Source: Proteromonas lacertae (taxonomy: Eukaryota). From it: 64,000 nt of DNA. The stretch lies in contig NGBS01000297.1 of the NCBI GenBank assembly GCA_002245135.1, positions 124,001 to 188,000 of the forward strand. Reading direction: 5' to 3'. The position numbers were made by a program, and so were the translations under genes. Under the pieces are notes generated by a model that was not told the DNA's origin, made no database searches, and worked only from the letters and a program-made list of their open reading frames with translations. Below are positions 1 through 12,945 of this stretch, in pieces. Positions within the stretch are counted from its first letter, which is position 1; every line of letters starts with the position of its first letter.

Positions 1-1665
1 ATTATATATCTCAACTCCATCATCACTCATTTGATCAAAGTAATCACATGAATTATTATAACTTAAACAATAGTGTAAGTTCTTTACCATTATTGATGGA
101 TTATATTCAACTGTAAGTGATGTAGATTCACCTAATTTCACTATTAAGTTGGAAATGAATTTGGTCTTTTCAATTAATACATTTACATCTATTCTTAGTG
201 TATTTGGATTATCACACATTCCTATATATATATATATATAATAGTTATATATATATACGAGTTAATTTCACTAATATATTCATCTTTATATCCACTAATA
301 ACATAACCATGTTGAGTATTAGATAGCTTATTATATTTATATAAATATGATATAAATGATGGTGGTAATCCTTTACTTAGATCACTTTCTTCTAATTGAA
401 TTGTGCTATTTATTGATTTACCAATATCTAATATCTTCTTATAATAATCATCATTACTTTCACTATGAATATATAACTTATTATTATCATTATTATTCAT
501 TATTTGTTCTAATGATATTACACTTTCTATTAGTTTTATATTGATGTTTTTGAATTCTAAAGATAGTTTGATTGGTTTAATACATATCTTTTCACCTAAA
601 CCACTCTTCTCTTTGTCTACTTCTTTATAACATTCAAAGTTTTCTATATCGAAAAAGAGTTTTCGACCACCCAAAAATCCCCAACTTTCACCTTGTAAGA
701 ATGTGAAGATATAATTATGAGTTAATTCTTTACCTATCAAAGTCTTGAATACTGATTTAATTACACTTATTAACATTGTTATTTGTGTGGATACTGATAT
801 TTCACCTGGCGCTAAGTCATAATATTCACCTATTGAATCTATTTTAGTGGTGATCAATATAATTGGTTTATTATTGGTTAAATTTCCTATGTTTGTCCAT
901 ATAGATTGACCACCCATTGGATCACAAGCATATTTCTCTATACATTTTATTGAATTCATCTCGTTTGGACCCATATAACTATTCATTTACATAATTCATA
1001 AATATACTGTTGAAAATTACTATAATAATTACCACTTTGTTTGCTATTCACTAAATCTTTAATTTGCTTTGATTCATCTTCATCTACTTCATAAACTATT
1101 GGGAAATTATAATTTGTCCATAATAAATTATCTCCTTTAGTGTTCCATACTTGTTCAGGATGTAATACTAAGTTCTTGAATACTGAGGGAACTGTTGTAC
1201 TGTCATGATTAATATGACATTGTGATTGATTCACATAATCAACTATGATACCTAATTAATTTCCCTGAATTGGCTAATTTATCAACATTTTCCTCTATAG
1301 TACAATTAATAAAAACTATCAAATACTTGTAAATAAGTCTCCTTTCAAAAATGCTGTTGATGAATCTTCTAAATTCTTAAATGATTCAATTTTTTCCTAT
1401 TTTAATAAACAATATACAATTACTTTTGTATCAACAATCTCAATATTGCCTTTTAGACCATCTATAGGTGTGGAACTACCAAAATGACCTTCTGTACTGT
1501 AATATCTTATTCTCATGTACACACTTGGCTTTTGGTTTATTCTTTCTGAATAAAATTGAGATTCTGCAGATATAACAGAGAAGATCTAGACACATCATTA
1601 TAATATATAAATTGATTTTGATACTATAGGATAAAAGCAAATAAAATTGATATATTGAGCTTCAT
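1..1665 (-). CDS. NCSTN: Nicastrin-like protein (gamma-secretase subunit); 3' end runs off the window
   Basis: Motifs WNTKGDNLLWTNYNFPI, CDPMGGQSIW, FLQGESWGFLGGRK, GLPPS; signal-peptide-like start; several ~30 nt introns. The exon1-exon2 phase is unresolved. Confidence 0.8.
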
Positions 1666-1754
1666 AAACGAAGAAATTGGTGTGTTTTTCAAAGAAAGAA
1701 AAAAATGTTTGGGGGAATTTTTTGGGTGAGTAACAAAAATCTAATTTTAAATTC

Positions 1755-3037
1755 ATGGCTTTAATGAATAATGAGAGTACTGGTAATGGTATTCTATATC
1801 TAAATTTCAACCAAGACAATGGTAAGTCTTGTTAAATATAAAGATATAGGTTGTTTCGCTTGTGCTACAGAACAAGGCTTTGGAATATACAATTGTAACC
1901 CATTTAAAGAAATATTTCGTCGAGGTATATTTTTAAAATGATTTTTGAATAGAGTTTGTTGGAGGTGGGATTGGAGTTGTTGAAATGCTCTATCGTTCTA
2001 ATATTCTAGCATTAGTAGGAGGAGGCAAATGTCCAAGATACAATAAAAACAGTGTAATAATATGGGATGATCAACAGAGTAAAGTAGTAGGTAAATTAAT
2101 GTTTAAATCACCAGTGCAACTAGTAAAACTCAAGAGAACTCAGTATATTTCATCATAATCTTACATATAATATATTAAATAGTGTAATAGTGGTTTTAGA
2201 AACAATAGTATATGTATATAATTTCAATGATCTTTCACTTCTTGATTCAATCATTACATCACCAAATCCAAAAGGATTATGTGCAATATCTACAGATAAA
2301 GAACACAATGTAATAGCACTACCTGGTAAAGAGAAAGGCAGTGTAAGAGTTCAAGTATAAAAATATATATTTTTTTAATGTTTTTCATATAGTTATATGA
2401 TATTCAAGATTCAAAGCTAATTCAAGCCCACAAAGGTGATATAGTCTCCATAGCCTTAACTCAAGATGGTTCACGATTAGCTACAGCCTCAGATAAAGGC
2501 ACATTAATCAGAATATTCAATACAACAACAGGTCAAAGACAGCAAGAATTGAGACGAGGAGTAGATCCAACTGTAATATATAATATATCATTTAACGCTG
2601 ATAATAACTATGTAGCTTGTAGTAGTAAGAAAGGTACCGTTCATATATATAATATATCGAAAACAAAGGAGACAATAAGTACTACAACCAATCCAGGAAG
2701 TAGTAGTGGTTTACCAATAGGAAGTGGAGGTATAATATAATATAATATGATATAATATAATATATATATAGATGCTAGTGGTAGTCCAGCAAAAACTGAT
2801 TCAAAATCCGGTTTATCATTTATGAAAGGAGTGTTACCAAAATATTTTTCATCAGAATGGAGTTTTGCAAAGTTTGCAATACCCAATTTTAATTCAAATA
2901 TTCCTTATATTTGTGGGTTTGGTTCTGAACCTAGAACTATATTATGTCTAAGTGGAGATGGAGTGTTTTATAAAGCTTCATTTGAAGAGGGTGGAGATTG
3001 TGAATTGTTGTTTCAGAAGAAGTTTATTGATGAATGA
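1755..3037 (+). CDS. PROPPIN/WIPI3-4 (Atg18/Hsv2 family) WD40 protein
   Basis: Spliced product has FNQDNGCFACAT, VEMLYRSNILALVGGG, ATASDKGTLIRIF, ELRRG (PI3P-binding LRRG), SSKKGTVHIY, YFSSEWSFA. Confidence 0.92.
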
Positions 3038-3204
3038 GAGAGAAAAATCATGTGATTATTATATAAGTTTTTATTTGTTATTATTATTATTATTATTATA
3101 CTATATTTTTTTATTGATAAAACCAATACAACAGATTTAATACAATCCTATTAAATGGACTAGAACTAATGTACATGTAAAAAATAAAATCAAAAACACG
3201 ATTT

Positions 3205-4447
3205 TTAGCAATAATAACCATGAGTTTCTTTAATATGCTTAGCATATTGAATACATTTAGTAAAATGAATTCCACAACGATGACAATGCAATAAAAAATT
3301 ATAATTTGGTTTACATCCTAAATAGATTTGTTTTTCTAGTGTATTTCTTAAATTATAATTGAAAAATTTTGAGATATACTCTTCATCAAAAGTAAATGAT
3401 AATGATTTCTGTTTACTATTCCTTCTATGTCTTTGTATATATCCTAATAAAGAATATCCATCTTCTCTCTTCATTATATACCAAGTCATTATAGATTTGA
3501 ATGAATACAAACCATTCTTTGACCTATGTATACCATTGTCTATTATATTGTCAACTCTACTTCTCTTGAATGGGCAAATTTAACACATGAATGATGAAAT
3601 AGTGTAATTCATCTTTTGTTATAAATACACCTGTATCACATTTTTGTACGAGTTTGAATAACATTAGAAATATTGTTCTAACTCTGTCGTTCCATATAAA
3701 ACTATTATTGGTAATATATTTATTTCTTAAATCTATTATAGATTTTGACATCTTTATATATTCCTTAATTTTCAGCTTTGGATTGATAGCATCATAATAT
3801 TTAAGCTGTTCTACTAGTTCATAATCTATTTGACAATCTATTACCTGTTTTTTGAGTAAAAATTTACTTTCTTTTTCTTCAATTCTTTTCCTGGTTAAAT
3901 AACCTCTTATAAACGCTTGTATACGTGAAATATTACGTATATCATCAGGACCTAACAGTTTAGGTAATTTAGATATCTGTTTGGCTTTGCTTCTATGATG
4001 GATTTATTAATTGTTGTATTTACTTTAACTTTAGCTATTTTTTCTCGATTATCTTGCAATACACATGGCATAGACTTATATGGACGAACTTTAATTGTAT
4101 TAGTTTTGTTGATAGTTTCATAACTTCTCCTGTACATTCTCTTTAATGCAACTCTGTTTGTGTTCCTAGTACTACGTACCTCCACAAAATTCTTATCAAG
4201 TGTACTAATAGAAAGGTTCACAACACTCTGATTACTCATTGAAGCCTCTTTACTATCAGTTCCATTAGTATTTGATATAGCAAGATGACATAAAAAATTG
4301 GCGCCGCTTCCAGAGTCGGTTGGAACGATTTTATGACTTTGTGCAGTTAATTTTAAAGATGCCTTAAAAATATTAAATAAAATATACTGCGTTAGGTAAT
4401 AACAAATTGTTGTGCATTTGTCCAGGTAAGTTTAATTCGATATTCAT
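3205..4447 (-). CDS. Hypothetical protein with IQ motif, EF-hand-like segment and C-terminal C2H2-like motif
   Basis: ISRIQAFIRGYLTRK (IQ), CDTGVFITKDEL, CHRC...HIKETH. The model needs an 11-nt microexon (4024-4034) and a +1 shift near 3572. Confidence 0.6.
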
Positions 4448-4558
4448 CTCAATTTCACAAAAAAAGAAAAGTGTCGATTGATTTAATTTTACCGTTTCAA
4501 AATAATTCTTAATTTCTAAAAACACATTTGACAAATATTTAGTAACTACAAATAATTT

Positions 4559-6816
4559 TTAGTCAACATCAATCTCGTCATCGTCATCAACATGCTGAAC
4601 TGGACCTGGGAGAGATAAATCGTCCAAATCATCATCACCTGCTTCTGGAGCAGGAGGAGGTGGTGAATGTGGTGGAGTAAATATTGGTCCTTCACTATAA
4701 CTACTACATCTATCAGTGGCAGTCTCTATAATATTGAAATTCGATTTAGGTTGTTCTAGAATATATAATGATAATTATACTAATTGTAATGACTTTATCA
4801 TCTGGTTCTATCGAATTTGCTCGATAATAATGAACAATCTGTCCAGGAACTCTCTCCATCAGAGTTTTAATCTGACAAATGATTTTATACTGCTCTTTTG
4901 AATAAAAACTCATCGGTTGAATGAGTTGGAATATTAATGGATTTCTTCTTAAATAACCAACATTAGGTATATACAATCCTATCTCATCTCCTTTAATTAC
5001 ATTATAACTATTGCCTAAAGCTAAATCACCTATCGCTAACAGTATAATAGTAAGTGGTAATCCTGATGCTTATATGAATTAAAGAAAATGTTATAAAATA
5101 ATATTAATAAAATCTCTTTCAAAAAAAAAAAGATATGGTTTGAATTAAAGGTAATAAATCAAACAAATCAGTTGGAGTTTCATTTACTACTATTAAGTGA
5201 ATTAAATAAGTTTTAGTGCATTCATAGGTTGTTGCTTCTCTAATTATTTTCTGTAATACTGGTTTTAGCTTGAATGTAGAAGATGATTCTATTTTTGGTA
5301 TATTTTCTAAGTATGTCTTCAAAATCTCATCTTTTGTTTCTTTCTAATTAAATAAAATAATATAAAAATTCTTTATAATATATACTAAATTTTCTTGTTT
5401 AACAAATGGAAATATCTCTTCTTCATCATTTCTACTGTTTGCTAATTTACCTCCAAATCCATTTAAGAGAAAAGATTTATTATTTACATAATGTTCCATA
5501 AATGAAAAAAAGTAATTTAATAAAAAATAATATCTATATAATATAATATTTTAATATAATAATCAATATACATATTTGTATTTGGATCTTGTGTATGAAA
5601 CGATTTAATTATCATTGATTGTGATGGTAAGGAAAAACAAATAGAAGCAGAAAATTGAAAATCAAATTTATTACGAATGAAGTTATAAAATGAATGACTT
5701 GGTCTCTTTTCATAAATACATTGATTTACTGTTAAAGTACCAGATGGATTGTAATACAAATCTTTCAATTGCAGTGTTGGATGATGTTCTAATTCTTTTA
5801 ATGTAGTCTATATAATAATAATAATAATAATATAATATACATCACTTCTTCCTATTACAATATAAGATCCATCATCATTCAAATGTCTAACTTCAATCAA
5901 AAGTGGACATAACTATAATAACAATAATTTATAATTAATAATTATATATACTCTATCACAGTTACATATAGTTGCATAACTGAAATCAAATTGAGGCCAA
6001 TGTTGATCTGAACTGTTACAGCCTATTTCTGTATATGCTACTGGTATTAATGCATGGTTTATTGTCCTTAGAATAACACATATTGGTCTGAAAAAATCTA
6101 TTTCTTCATGAGTTGATATATCAACTAAATATTACAATAAATTATATTAATAATCATACGTTTTGCTGAAAAATCAAATCTTAAACGAATTTTCAAGCTT
6201 TCTTCAATTATATGTAACTATAAATATCAAATAAATTTATATTCAAAATACAATGAATGATGGAGTTATATTGAAAATATAGTCACTTCTATTTTTCGGT
6301 GATATTTTTAAATCTATTTTTAGTTCCCCCTTTTCTGATAAACGTAATAAATCGATTAATAATGTATTCAGTTCTCCTATTAACGGCACTTGGTTTAAAT
6401 CTAGATAAATCAATTAAGGAAATTAACAACAGATCTAATAAAAGGATATTGCATCATTGGGTAAATCATCACATATTTTATCATAAACACGAATTATTAA
6501 CTTCTGTACTATTTCATACTTATAAATCAGCAAATGCTCAAAAGGAAATTGAAAACTATATTACAATAATAAAAATAAATACTTTGTAACATGTCCTAAC
6601 AGTTTCACTACGATAAATTTCTTTGCACAGCCTATCTCCATCATTAACAAACACAACGACAAATATATTAGGTTTAACACCATCCTTTCTACATGGTAGA
6701 TCACATACACTTATATAAGTCTATTGAATAACATAAACAAATACTATTAGCTTAGTATCGTAAGAATTAAGCTCAGTTTTATCGTTATCCTGTTCATCTC
6801 TTCTTTGTTTATTCAT
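4559..6816 (-). CDS. Divergent copine (C2 + VWA)
   Basis: FYNFIRNKFDFQFSASICFS, LNGFGGK, IQTASGLPLTIILLAIG and VPGQIVHYYRANSIEP match copine VWA/C-terminal motifs; C2-like N-terminus. Confidence 0.75.
5070..5136 (-). other. U12-type intron with AT-AA termini (copine)
   Basis: 5' ATATCTTT, branch-like TTTCTTTAAT about 10 nt before the end ...CATATAA. Removing it gives in-frame IQT|ASGLP. Confidence 0.7.
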
Positions 6817-6964
6817 ATAGGAAACGTATTTCTCTTTAGAACATTTAGTTCCCATATTAAATACTCCTATTCTGTTTTTGAGAAAATTTTAAAACACGAG
6901 TTAGTAAAAATATATACGTTTCGATTCGTTTTTTATCTATTTTTCTTTTTGTTGTTGTTACACA

Positions 6965-7617
6965 ATGGATACGAGATATGCTCAAGCTATGCAAAGTAAA
7001 CAGGAGAGAATGAATAAACTATTAGAAGAAAAAGAAGGTTAAATTAAATGAACAGTCAAAATTAGCTGTAGAGTTCAATGATTATTTAACAAAAAATGTA
7101 TATATAGTTGATTTTATAGTGTTTAGGGAGGATTTTTAGATGCAGCCTGATGAGACTCTTAGGAATTTAAGTGTTGGTATAGCTGTTTCTCAAAGACCAG
7201 GATATTTTAAGTATTTTAAATTACCAGAAGAATTGAAAGAAATTCAGCAGAAAGGTGAATTCAAACGATTGACCAAAGAAATCAAACAAGTACAAATAGA
7301 TTTAGATAGAGTATGATAAAAATATCTCTTATTTGTTTATAGATAAATAACCAAATAGACCAATGTAATAAAGAATATAAAAGACAAGTAAATACAATAA
7401 ATAAGAATTTACCACCAACAAATGGATTAGAAGATGTATTTTATTGTTTTATTATATATTGTAGTGGTTTAAATTGTATGGAAGACCATCAGAACCAGAT
7501 GATCCAGGAATGTATTCCTCATTTAAGCAGAATGATAGAGTATATGGACAAACTAATTATCATAAAGCATTTCGTAGTACTGCAACAAAGATGGTTAAAG
7601 GAAGATGTACACAATAA
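6965..7617 (+). CDS. Hypothetical protein
   Basis: Five exons join in frame across short GT-AG introns (MDTRYAQAMQ...KMVKGRCTQ*); no family recognised. Confidence 0.55.
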
Positions 7618-7796
7618 TCTAATATATATTTTTGTATTTGTAAATATGTATAATGCTTTTTATTAGTGATTTTATTTTTTGTATGAAAGGACAAAATGAT
7701 GGAATAACGAATATATTTTTTTTAATTTTAAATTTAGATTTTTTTCTTTGTAGAAGGTGTGATTTATTTATGAATGGTGTAAATTAAAGACAATAA

Positions 7797-8559
7797 ATGA
7801 AGTTTTTTAAATCAAAAGAATCATTTTTCTTTGTCGTCATCATTTTCCCTATCATTATCTTGTTGTGCTGTATAATACAAATTTTCTTATTAACTTCAGT
7901 ATAATTTATTAGTTATAATTAACAGCTTGACAAAATTATTACATTAAATGATCCTCAACGAATAATAAAAGATTTTCCTCATTCCTATTCCTATAGTCAT
8001 CCGGAAATACTGATAGTCCAAGATTTTGAACGTGCACTACAATCTACTCAGAATAAGTGTGATTTTTCTAGATCTTCCTATGGAGATGGAACTGACAATA
8101 ATGGGTTTATTTGTCCTTATCCAAATGCAGAAAGTAATTGTTGTGAAAATAGGAAAATAAATAAACAATACGATTGTGAGAATTGTGACATTTATACTCA
8201 CTGCTGTAAGAAGTATGCAAATTGTGTATCATGTTGTCTTCATCCTAATAATGAGAACAGTGTAATTAATTTAATAAAAACCAGTCCACATCCAATCATA
8301 CACAATTTGAAAAGTCAATTTGAGTTTTGTAGTTATCACTGTCGAACATCTTCAGCTAGTACATTTTATGAGACTCAATATAGAAGTAATCATATGTTCT
8401 GTTATGATCGATGGAAACCTCCTTTAGAAAAGACATTTATAAAAGAAATATCCAATCAGTTGTTTTATAATCATAATATTAGTGTAAGTATAACAACAGA
8501 GTATATATTATTTAATATATAATATGAATAGTCAAGAAGTTGATCCTGCATTTAATTAA
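7797..8559 (+). CDS. SPRING1: SPRING1/C12orf49 (UPF0454) family Cys-rich type II membrane protein
   Basis: N-terminal TM segment; TDNNGFIC, CCKKYANCVSCCLHP, QFEFCSYHCRTSS, YRSNHMFCY. Confidence 0.85.
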
Positions 8560-8937
8560 TTGTGTAAATATCATTTATTTATTGTTTTTAATACTTTTTT
8601 TATTTGTGGTTTGTATTTTCTTAAATCATAATAACTCAGTTTTATTAATATAATATACTGTTTTTGTTTGATAATTGTTAATAATAAAACTTGAATAAGT
8701 GAATATATCATCTATTTGCTATATTTTTAAAATTAATATTAAAATATTAGCGTTCCAAGAATAAATTCATCACATTAATTCCATACAGACTATTATAAGA
8801 TGTTAAATACCATTCAATCATCATAATTTTTGATTCAAACATTTTCAAGCTTTAACAGGTTTGGCTTGAGTATTCCCGCCTTTAATTTCATTTTCATTTC
8901 TATCAATGTATGATTGACTATCTCTTATTAGACTAGT

Positions 8938-11900
8938 ATGACTACTAATGAAAAGCATGGAAATGATAATAAATTCTCTTCAAGAGCGATGGCTTTGAGA
9001 AATAGTTGGATTGTATATTTCTTCAATATATATAAAAAATAGAATAACAGGGAAAGCACATGGAATAATGTAGATTGTGTAGTTTTCCCATTGGGGGTAG
9101 TTGATGAGAATTTAGTTTATAAGAAGAGTAGTGCAATGCATGTATATCCTATTATCCTATTAATTGCATAGTTGTATTTATCTGGATCAGAATGTGAAAA
9201 CACCGTCTTCTTATTTACAATGAACAAAATGATAATAATAGCTCCAAATGACAGATTGAAAAAGTTAAATCCATTATATGAATCAGTTGATAGTAATGTA
9301 ATGTCAGTAGAATCAATAGGTTTTGATAGTAGCTTTTCTGAATGTAATAAAAAGTTGAATGATATATTAGAGTCAGAAAGTAACATTGTATTGATATATT
9401 TATGATTATATATATGTATATATATATATATAGCATTCAATGGGAATAATAGTAAAAGATAAAGACAACAAACTATTCGAAACTTCACCATTTATAAACG
9501 ATTTTTTCAAATTCTGCCAAGATGAAAAGAAATATGAATTAAAAGATGTATCTGATGGTACAACTGACTTATTGGCAGTAAAAGATGCATTCGCATTAAA
9601 TTCAATAGTAAAATCCTGTAAAGTAACCTGCAAATGGATGACTCATTGTTTTATTACAGAGTTAGAACAAATACTAGATCAAGAAAAGAAGATTAGCCAT
9701 TCATCATTTGCTATAAAGATTGAAAACTCCATTAAAAATCCAAAATCATACAAGTTAAATGCAGATCCTAAATATATAGACTCTTGTTATACTCCAATTA
9801 TTGAAAGTGGTGGAAAGTATGATTTAAAACCATCAGCAATCTCAAATGATGATAATTTGTCACCTGATACTATTATATGTTCAATGGGTGCAAAATATAA
9901 AGATTATTGTTCAAATGTTTCCAGAACATTCTTCGTAGATGCTTCAAAACAAGAGGAAGAAGCGTATAAAATACTATTAAAAGCTTTGGATGTTGCAATA
10001 AAGAATATGAAAACTAAAAATACATTGAAAGATGTGAGTGATGCTGTAATAAATGAAATTAATAAGAGTAAAAGTGAATTATTACCGAAATTTAATGAAA
10101 AGTTTTGGTTGTGGTATTGGTTTACAGTTCCGTGAAAGTGGTTTAACCGTTACTCCCAAAAATACAAAAGAATTAAAGAAAGATATGATATTCTATGTTA
10201 GTGTAGGATTAAAAGAATTAAAAGTAAAAAATGGTAAAGTATCTTCAATCTTAATAGGAGATACAGTTCAAGTAGAAGATAATGGTGGTAAAAGATTAAC
10301 AGATGTGACTAGAAACTGGGATGATATCTATTATACCTTCCACGAAGATAATAACAATGATATATTCGATGCTAATGAACTATTAGACTTAACAGCTAAT
10401 AATACAAGTGGTCCAAACCTAAGAAGAAGACCAGAGCAATCATTAGAAGCAAATAGAGACAAAAGAAGAGAACATCAGTTACAGTTAATTAAACAAAAAC
10501 AGAAAGAGAATTTAAAGAATCGCTCAGATCATGTCGAAGAAGATGATAATGATTCATTTGATGATATTAAAGATTTATCATCTTATAAAAGTTCAAGTGA
10601 ATTTCCTAAAGGATATAAGAAGGAATAGAATCTATGTAGATAAAGAGAAAGAGGTTGTATTTATCCCGATAAATGCCTTACCAGTTCCATTTCATATTAT
10701 CACTATTAAAAATATCTCTAAAACTGAAGGAGAAGATCATAGTTTATTACGTTTTAATTTTCATATTCCTTCTTCTGCTAATATGAAGGGTATTGATCCA
10801 ATAATGGCAAAAGCTTGTCAGATGAATCCATTAGCCAGTTATATAAAGACATTAAATGTGAAGTTCTATGATACAACTCATTTAGATGAATTGGTATTGA
10901 AAATAAATGAATGTTTGAAGAGAATAAAACAAAGAATTATTGATAGAGAAAATGAAGCAGATTTAGTTGAACAACCCAATTTAATATTAACTAAATCAGT
11001 AAGACCTCCATTGCTACGAGAATTGAATGTAAGACCATCAGCAACAAGAAAAGCAAATGGTATAATTGAAGCACATGAAAATGGTTTTAGATTTAAGAGT
11101 CAAAAAGGAGAAACAATCGATATATTATATACGAATATTCAACATGCTATATTCCAGAAATGTGATAAAACTAATCTGTTGGTAATATTACACTTCCATT
11201 TAAAACATCCAATTATGATTGGTAAAAAGAAATGTGGTGATGTTCAATTCTATTCTGAAGCAGCTGATGCTACAATTAATGTAGATGGTTCTAGAAGATC
11301 AGCTTATGATGCAGATGAAGTAGAAGAAGAACAGAGAGAAATCAGATTCAGAAAACGATTGAATGCAACATTTAAGAACTTTATTGAACAAGCTGAGAAA
11401 ATAGCAGATACTCATTACCATTTAGAGTTTGAGAAACCTTATAGTATTGGATTTACTGGTGTTCCTGATAGAGAGATGGTTTACATGCAACCTACTGATA
11501 GTTGTTTGATTAATATCACTAATACACCTGTATATATATTGTAATTTATTTTTTTAGTTCTTTGTTGTAACTCTAAGTGATGTAGAACATGTTCATTTTG
11601 AAAGAGTGATAAGTGGAACTAAAGAATTTGATATGTGTATTATATTTAAAGATCATAATCGTCCAGTTGTAAGAATTAGTTCAATAGCAATGGATAAATT
11701 AGATATGATTGAAACATGGTTAGATAATATTGATATGACATTCACAGAAGGTATTGCCAATTTGAATTGGAAATTAACTATCACTGCAGCTGATGATCCA
11801 TTGTTTTGGGAAGACCATGATGAAGATAATAATCCAAAGGCTATTGGTTGGATGGGATTGGATATGACTGGTGGTGCTGGAAGTGAAAGTGAAGGAGAAG

Positions 11901-12169
11901 AAAGCGAAGATGATGAAGAATATAAAAGTGAAGAAGATGAAGATGAAGATGATGTAGATGAGGAAGATGATGATATGGATGAAGATGCAGTAGATGAAGA
12001 GGATGAGGAAGAAGCAGAAGATGAAGATGAGAGTGATGAAGAAGAAGATGGAGAAGATTGGGATGAATTAGATAGGAAAGCTGCTGAGGAGGATAGAAAT
12101 GCATTGAAAAGAGAAAGAAATTTGAATGAAGCTGATAAATTTAGACAAGTGAAGAAGAGAAGAAGGTAA
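8938..12169 (+). CDS. SPT16: FACT complex subunit SPT16 (two +1 frame breaks)
   Basis: YTPIIESGGKYDLK, GAKYKDYCSNVSRTF, GIGLQFRE, VPFHIITIKNISK, IEAHENGFRF, acidic tail with GEDWDELDRKAAEED. Frame breaks near 10090 and 10610. Confidence 0.95.
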
Positions 12170-12278
12170 AATATGAATTATTAAAAATAATTGATTATAA
12201 TTCCTCTTTTGATATTTCATTTTATTTATTTGTGTTTTAAATAGACAATATGATTAAATAAATAACAATTTAAACTCT

Positions 12279-12847
12279 TTACACTCCCATTTCTTCATTA
12301 ATCAAGTCTTTCAATCTATCTGTATTTGGTTTTGGATATTCTTTGAAATTACAGTTTGGTAGATCTTGTATTGTTGATAATAATTTATCACATACTGTTG
12401 ATAGACAGTATTGTCTGTTTGAACAAGCATCTCCTAACTCTTTTTGATGATTGTTCATTAATCTTTCATTTATTACAACTATTAACTTTTTATTTGATCT
12501 TAATGCTTGTAATATTGTTCCTGCTCCAGCATGTCCAATAACTAGTTCGCTAGAGTTAACTACATCATCTAATGTGCTTTTATATTTGAAATAACCTATT
12601 TTAATTCCATCATACTCTTTCTGTGGTATTTCCAACACATTCTATATAATTAAATAACTATAGCCAATACTTCTACAATATTCAATTCAGTTCCATGAGT
12701 TGGTATATAATTACCTTTACCAATCTGCATTATTAATTCTTTATAACCTTGTGAAGATAAACTCTTTATAACCTCAATATTATCTACACTTTGTATCAAT
12801 TCATCAAAATATGTTGTACCTACAGTGACAAATACTCTCTTACTCAT
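12279..12847 (-). CDS. ALG13: UDP-GlcNAc transferase subunit ALG13
   Basis: VFVTVGTTYFDELI, VIGHAGAGTIL, VINERLMNNHQKEL; one intron. Confidence 0.93.
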
Positions 12848-12945
12848 CAATATAAAGAGAAAATGAGAGAAAATGAAAATAAATATTTGATAAGAATCAA
12901 GCCTACATACAAAAAAAGAAGAAAAACTCATCACAATAGTATAAT

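Noticed and set aside
9142..9171. ATATCCTATT in a SPT16 intron, resembling a U12 donor
   Set aside because: The donor is GT two bases upstream; a normal 30-nt GT-AG intron restores KSSAMHLYL.
11841..12104. His/Leu-rich antisense ORF (and similar shadow ORFs at 15138-15664, 28374-28619, 47038-47443)
   Set aside because: These are reverse-complement artefacts of real coding sequence on the other strand.
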